Source: Candidatus Binatia bacterium | Lineage (GTDB): Bacteria; Desulfobacterota; Binatia; HRBIN30 | Direction: 5' to 3' | DNA: 64,000 bases | NCBI GenBank assembly: GCA_038245295.1 | Contig: JBBRSP010000002.1 | Span: 192,001-256,000 of the forward strand | In this document: one piece after another, positions 59,568-64,000 of the stretch | Position numbering within the stretch: position 1 is the stretch's first letter | Layout: every line of letters begins with the position of its first letter | Program-made: the position numbers and the translations under genes | Notes under the pieces: generated by a model | Told to the model about the DNA's origin: nothing | Database searches by the model: none | What the model saw: only the letters and a program-made list of their open reading frames with translations

Positions 59568-60719
59568 ATGATCGATATCGAGCCCTATCGTATTGCCGTT
59601 CCGGAAGACGTGCTCACCGATTTGCGTCAGCGCCTAGCGCGCACGCGTTTCCCCGACGAGATGCCAGGATCGGCGTGGGGCTACGGTGCAAACCTCGCGG
59701 CGGTGCGCGAGTTGGTCGCCTACTGGCAAGACCATTACGATTGGCGTGCCGCCGAAGCACAGCTCAATCAGTGGAACCAGATCAGGGTGCGCGTCGGCGG
59801 TCTCGGCATCCACGCCATCCATCAGAAGGGCGTTGGCCCGAAGCCTCTGCCGCTGGTGATCACGCACGGTTGGCCGGGCTCGGTCAGCGAGTTCCAGAAG
59901 ATCATCGGCCCGCTCACCAACCCGGAGAAGTACGGCGGCGCCGCGGCCGACGCGTTCGACGTCGTCTGCCCGTCGATGCCCGGCTACGGCTTCTCCGATC
60001 ACCCCACCGAAGCGGGCATGGATCCTGAGCGCATCGCTGCCCTGTGGGTCGAGTTGATGCAAGCCCTCGGCTACCGGCGCTTCGGCGCCCAGGGCGGCGA
60101 CTGGGGTGCCATGGTGACGACGTATCTCGGCGCGCGCCATGCGCCGAACCTGATCGGCATACACCTCAACATGGTCGTTGCGTTTCCGCCCAACCCGGAC
60201 AACCCCATCGAAGGAGTCAGCGAGGAGGAACTGCCGGCGTTGATGGAGATGGCGCAGTTCCTCAAGGACGAGACCGGCTACCAACAGATCCAGGGCACCA
60301 AGCCGCAGACCCTCGCCTACGCGCTCAACGATTCGCCGGCGGGCCTGGCGGCGTGGATCCTCGAGAAGTTCCATGGCTGGAGCGACTGCCACGGCGACGT
60401 CTTCGCGCGCTTCAGCAAAGACGAATTGCTCACCAACATCATGCTCTACTGGGCCTCCGAAGCGGCCAGCTCATCGATCCGTCTCTACTGCGAGACCATG
60501 CGTGCTGGAAAATTTCCGCCCACCGGCTTCCGCGTCGACGTGCCCACTGGTTGCGCGATCTTTGCCAAGGAGATTGTGCGCGCACCGCGCGCCTGGGCGG
60601 AGAAGTTGTACAACATCACGCAATGGTCACGCTTCGCCTCCGGCGGCCACTTCGCCGCCATGGAGGAACCGCAGGCACTGGTCGAAGACATCCGTTCGTT
60701 CTTTCGCCCGCTGCGCTGA
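59568..60719 (+). CDS. Epoxide hydrolase (microsomal type)
   Basis: EHN N-terminus, HGWPGS, PGYGFS, GGDWG, GGHFAAME. Confidence 0.95.
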   Translation: MIDIEPYRIAVPEDVLTDLRQRLARTRFPDEMPGSAWGYGANLAAVRELVAYWQDHYDWRAAEAQLNQWNQIRVRVGGLGIHAIHQKGVGPKPLPLVITHGWPGSVSEFQKIIGPLTNPEKYGGAAADAFDVVCPSMPGYGFSDHPTEAGMDPERIAALWVELMQALGYRRFGAQGGDWGAMVTTYLGARHAPNLIGIHLNMVVAFPPNPDNPIEGVSEEELPALMEMAQFLKDETGYQQIQGTKPQTLAYALNDSPAGLAAWILEKFHGWSDCHGDVFARFSKDELLTNIMLYWASEAASSSIRLYCETMRAGKFPPTGFRVDVPTGCAIFAKEIVRAPRAWAEKLYNITQWSRFASGGHFAAMEEPQALVEDIRSFFRPLR

Positions 60720-61063
60720 ACGGATCAGGCAGGCAAATAGGACGAGGGACACCCACCGGTTGAAATCCCCGAGATCGCGTTCGGTGCCGAGCATACGGCG
60801 CACGGACATCAGCACGGCCTCGTTGTCCGCCACGCTCCCATGGATCGCGACCGACAGCGTATCGGCGCGCCGTTGCGTGACACATACGATTGCCGCTTCT
60901 GCGAATCCTCCGAACGCACGCAAGTACTGGCCATTCACCGCGTAGATGTCCACCAGATTGCTCGACAGACGCCGGAGCGCGCTCACCGTGAGATCCAGCC
61001 GGCGCAACGACTGTACGCCGGCAACGGATGAACCTATACCGGATCACAGGAAGCAGGAGATCT

Positions 61064-61282
61064 ATGCCGGCGAAACGATTCAAAAGCGGGGATCACGTCT
61101 CGTGGAATTCGGAAGCCGGTCGTGTCCGCGGCACTATCAGTCGCGTCATCAGATCGGAGATCGAGTTCAAGGGCTACACCGTCCATGCGAGCAAGGACGA
61201 GCCGCAGTACGAGATCAAGAGCGACACGACCGACCATATTGCGATGCACAAGGGATCAGCGCTCACGAAGATCGGGAAGTGA
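61064..61282 (+). CDS. DUF2945 (Tudor-like) protein
   Basis: GDHVSWNSEAG, EPQYEIKSD.T.H.A.HK. Confidence 0.85.
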   Translation: MPAKRFKSGDHVSWNSEAGRVRGTISRVIRSEIEFKGYTVHASKDEPQYEIKSDTTDHIAMHKGSALTKIGK

Positions 61283-61839
61283 GTCGCACGATCTTCACTG
61301 TCGGCCATTCGACGCGGACAGTCGGCGAGTTGGTCGCGCTTCTGCGACAGGTCGACGTGGACCTGCTCGTGGACGTGCGCTCCATCCCGCGCTCGCGCGC
61401 GATGCCGCAGTTCAATATCGACCGGCTACCAGACTCTCTCGCCGTCGAGGGCATCGGCTACCAGCATCTGCTCTTACTGGGCGGGCGGCGTCACCATCCC
61501 AAGGGCGCGCCGCCGTCGACGAATACGCTCTGGCGACTGTTGGCGTTCCGCAACTATGCGGATTACGCGGAAACCGATGCATTCCGCGCCGGCCTCCATG
61601 GCTTGCTCGCGTTTGCGCAACAGCATCGTTGCGCGATCATGTGCGCCGAAGCCGTGTGGTGGCGGTGTCATCGCCGCATCATCGCCGATCACCTGTTGGC
61701 CCGCGGCATTCCGGTGCAGCACATCATGGGATTAGGACAGGTGACGCCAGCGACCCTCACACCGGGTGCGCGTGTGCTGGACGAGACGCCGCGCTATCCG
61801 GCGCCTAACGAAGATGGGTCGACCGCGAGCGGCAGTTGA
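61279..61839 (+). CDS. DUF488 family protein
   Basis: TVGHS, DVRSIP, LGGRR, MCAE..WWRCHR; GTGA overlap with the previous gene. Confidence 0.92.
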   Translation: MSRTIFTVGHSTRTVGELVALLRQVDVDLLVDVRSIPRSRAMPQFNIDRLPDSLAVEGIGYQHLLLLGGRRHHPKGAPPSTNTLWRLLAFRNYADYAETDAFRAGLHGLLAFAQQHRCAIMCAEAVWWRCHRRIIADHLLARGIPVQHIMGLGQVTPATLTPGARVLDETPRYPAPNEDGSTASGS

Positions 61840-61884
61840 GCCGCTACTCGCGCAGCGCGCCCCATGCGCTATCGAGCCACGGCC

Positions 61885-62367
61885 TTATCGGCCGCGCATC
61901 ACGCGTTTGACGATCATGGCAGTAATGCCCGCGAGGGCTGCTCTTGCCAAAGGCGACGCAAGTATATTTGTTAGCGACGATCCGGCTGCCTGCCCTGGTC
62001 CACCATCGCCGCCGCCGAGGATATTCGTCAGCCGGCCCGGTTCCTTGTGCAGATCGGTGACGACCTGGGCCAGGTCCTTGGGGTCCGATCCGACCTGTGG
62101 AGGTAGCGCCACTCCATGCGCCTGGGCGCGGTCCTGCAGCATCTTGACGAATTCAGCGCGCTCCTCCGGCGAAAGCTTCGCCAGGGCTTCCTGGGCCGCC
62201 TGCGCGTACTGGTCGGGGGGAACCGCGTGCGCCACATCCTTATAGCGGTCGACAACCTCCTGGTCCGAGTAGCCCTCGGACGGATGGCCTTGATCGAAGC
62301 GCTTCACGAAATCCTGGAACTGGCGCTGAATTTGTCCGCTACCGAGCAGGTCATCGAGAATGCCCAT
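61885..62367 (-). CDS. Hypothetical protein
   Basis: GGAG RBS; helical protein with a C-terminal hydrophobic helix. Confidence 0.7.
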   Translation of the reverse strand: MGILDDLLGSGQIQRQFQDFVKRFDQGHPSEGYSDQEVVDRYKDVAHAVPPDQYAQAAQEALAKLSPEERAEFVKMLQDRAQAHGVALPPQVGSDPKDLAQVVTDLHKEPGRLTNILGGGDGGPGQAAGSSLTNILASPLARAALAGITAMIVKRVMRGR

Positions 62368-62451
62368 GATGTTTACTCCTTCATTCCTATCGACGGCTGT
62401 CGCCCGTTACGCCGATCACGCTTGCGACTTTGAAGTACCGCTTACGTGGGC

Positions 62452-62706
62452 CTAGGCCTTCGCTGACCTCAGCCTCGCGTAGGCGAACAGCACGATGAGG
62501 GCCCCGACGATGGACGCGATGAACCCTGCTCCTTCCCCGGGCCCGTAGAGACCGAGCATACGGCCCAGCATAGTAGCGACGACTGCTCCGACCATGCCGA
62601 GGATCGCTGTTAAGAAGAAGCCCCCGGGATCTGGCCCGGGCATAATGAACTTTGCCAAGGTACCAACTACGGCGCCAATCAGGATGATCCAAATGAGCTC
62701 AAGCAT
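62452..62706 (-). CDS. GlsB/YeaQ/YmgE transglycosylase-associated membrane protein
   Basis: G..AKFIMPG.DPGG, ASIVGALIVL. Confidence 0.92.
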   Translation of the reverse strand: MLELIWIILIGAVVGTLAKFIMPGPDPGGFFLTAILGMVGAVVATMLGRMLGLYGPGEGAGFIASIVGALIVLFAYARLRSAKA

Positions 62707-62756
62707 CGCGTCCTCCCTCTTCTGCCCGCTTCCGTACCGAACGAGGTGCAGCCGGC

Positions 62757-63170
62757 TCAGTCCAAAAGATCCTTTGGCACATTGCCGCCGTTTGCAGCGA
62801 TGCGTGCGAGTACTGTCTTGTGCAGCCAGGTATTCATCTTCGCCGAATCCCCCATGAGATCCGCCGGGCAGGCCAGCTCGGTGGCCAACTCCTTGCGGGC
62901 CGTAAAGCTGCTGTCGATATCGAGCAGCTTCAGCAGATCGACAATGGAGGTACGCCAGTTGAGCTTCTGCGGGTTCGCTTTCGCGCGCTGTTCCAGTTGC
63001 GCAACGACATCGACGAGAGCGATCGGACTAGGAGGCGGCGCTGCCGTTGGAGCTACCGCTGCACTCGCGGGTGCGGCCGTTGGTGGGGCGCTGGAGCCTG
63101 GACTGGGGGCGGTAGCTGCAGCGGCGCTACCCATTCCGAGCTTGTCGAGAATCTTGCTGAAAAATCCCAT
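62757..63170 (-). CDS. DUF3597 protein
   Basis: LNWRTSIVDLLKLLDIDSS, DSAKMN.WLHK, NGGNVP. Confidence 0.9.
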   Translation of the reverse strand: MGFFSKILDKLGMGSAAAATAPSPGSSAPPTAAPASAAVAPTAAPPPSPIALVDVVAQLEQRAKANPQKLNWRTSIVDLLKLLDIDSSFTARKELATELACPADLMGDSAKMNTWLHKTVLARIAANGGNVPKDLLD

Positions 63171-63390
63171 CGTCTCTCCTCCGCGTGGCTAGCAGGACGA
63201 CGCATCCCGGCCGGATTGCAGGAATACGTCGCACCCGAAGACGCTGTTCGTGGCAGCGCTCGCAGCCTAACTGGCATCGGCCGGATAGCAATAATCTATC
63301 TGACGTGCCCCGACGATTCCGAAGGGGCGAAGCCACCGAGCTTGGCTTCCGTATCGTGTGGAATGGGCTTTGCTCTGCCCGGCAATCGCG

Positions 63391-64000
63391 TTAGCGCAGC
63401 TTGGCGAAGAACCGTTCGATGCGCGCGGCGTTGGCGCCGGCGTCGCCCTTGCCGTCGCGCGACTTGGAGCGCATTTGCACGATGCTCCCGGTTCCGAGTG
63501 GGCGTACCTCGATGACGAAGTCATCTTGGAATCGGAAGAGGGCGGTTGTGTCGACCCCCTCCATGGCACGTGCGGTTGGATCGACGCGGCTGATCTCCCA
63601 GGTGTCCATCTGTCGCGCGACAGTCTCGACGCGCTTGAACGCGTCGTCCGGCGGCACCGGCAACGCGAGCGGCTGGAGGTTGGGGTAACCGGCTTGTTGC
63701 TGCTCGGTGAACTCCGGGGGGTGCGCCATGTTGCGGTCGCGGTTGGCTGCGAGCGTTCCGGCGTGAACGAATTGTGGCGGGTTGGCTGTGTCCGTAGTGA
63801 TGTCGTTGATACGCGGCACTTTACCGCCCGGCATCGCGGCCATGATGAAGACCAGGGCGAGTGCTGCCGAAATCGCGAGGGGGGCGATGGTGCCGCCGCT
63901 GCCATGGCGGGCAAGGCGGACGAGACTGGCGACCAGCGCAATCAAGCCGAGCAATCCACCCAGCCCAAACATGGCGAAGCCGGCGAGGGCTGGAACGATT
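63391..64000 (-). CDS. DUF1499 membrane protein (5' end beyond window)
   Basis: PRINDITTD, YPNLQP, FRFQDD, MRSKSR.G.GD.GAN..RI; frame is open to the window edge. Confidence 0.88.
   Translation of the reverse strand, partial: IVPALAGFAMFGLGGLLGLIALVASLVRLARHGSGGTIAPLAISAALALVFIMAAMPGGKVPRINDITTDTANPPQFVHAGTLAANRDRNMAHPPEFTEQQQAGYPNLQPLALPVPPDDAFKRVETVARQMDTWEISRVDPTARAMEGVDTTALFRFQDDFVIEVRPLGTGSIVQMRSKSRDGKGDAGANAARIERFFAKLR

Noticed and set aside
60627..61007. 126-aa minus-strand ORF
   Set aside because: No recognisable motif, weak start and overlap with the epoxide hydrolase end; may be a fragment but is unsupported

Overview
GC-rich bacterial chromosomal segment. The gene content (F420-type LLM oxidoreductases, a CVGDCNG dockerin-like repeat, multi-copy cyclase-AAA-TPR proteins) suggests a Deltaproteobacteria-like lineage such as Candidatus Binatia; this is inference only. 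1-28 kb: ppiD-like PPIase, a thiolase-like/DUF35/MaoC acyl-CoA cluster, SWIM-SNF2 helicase, dedA, a flotillin pseudogene, gshB, a YCF48-like propeller and mtnA. 28.4-37.4 kb: kdpFABC with an extra unannotated small ORF, a split KdpD, a KinB-like kinase, a sigma-54 response regulator and a matching -24/-12 promoter. 46.2-59.5 kb: an integrase-less accessory block bracketed by a 200-bp duplication of the 3' end of the glycogen debranching gene. It holds a ~950-nt ORF-free hairpin chain, three tandem class III cyclase-AAA-TPR genes, a RAYT transposase with 27-bp inverted repeats and several intact or chimeric toxin-antitoxin modules. Intergenic DNA is full of REP-like palindromes, and MITEs carrying REPs have inserted into REP loops, nested up to three deep with readable target-site duplications. 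No rRNA, tRNA or CRISPR array was seen. Product calls come from motif recognition, not database searches.
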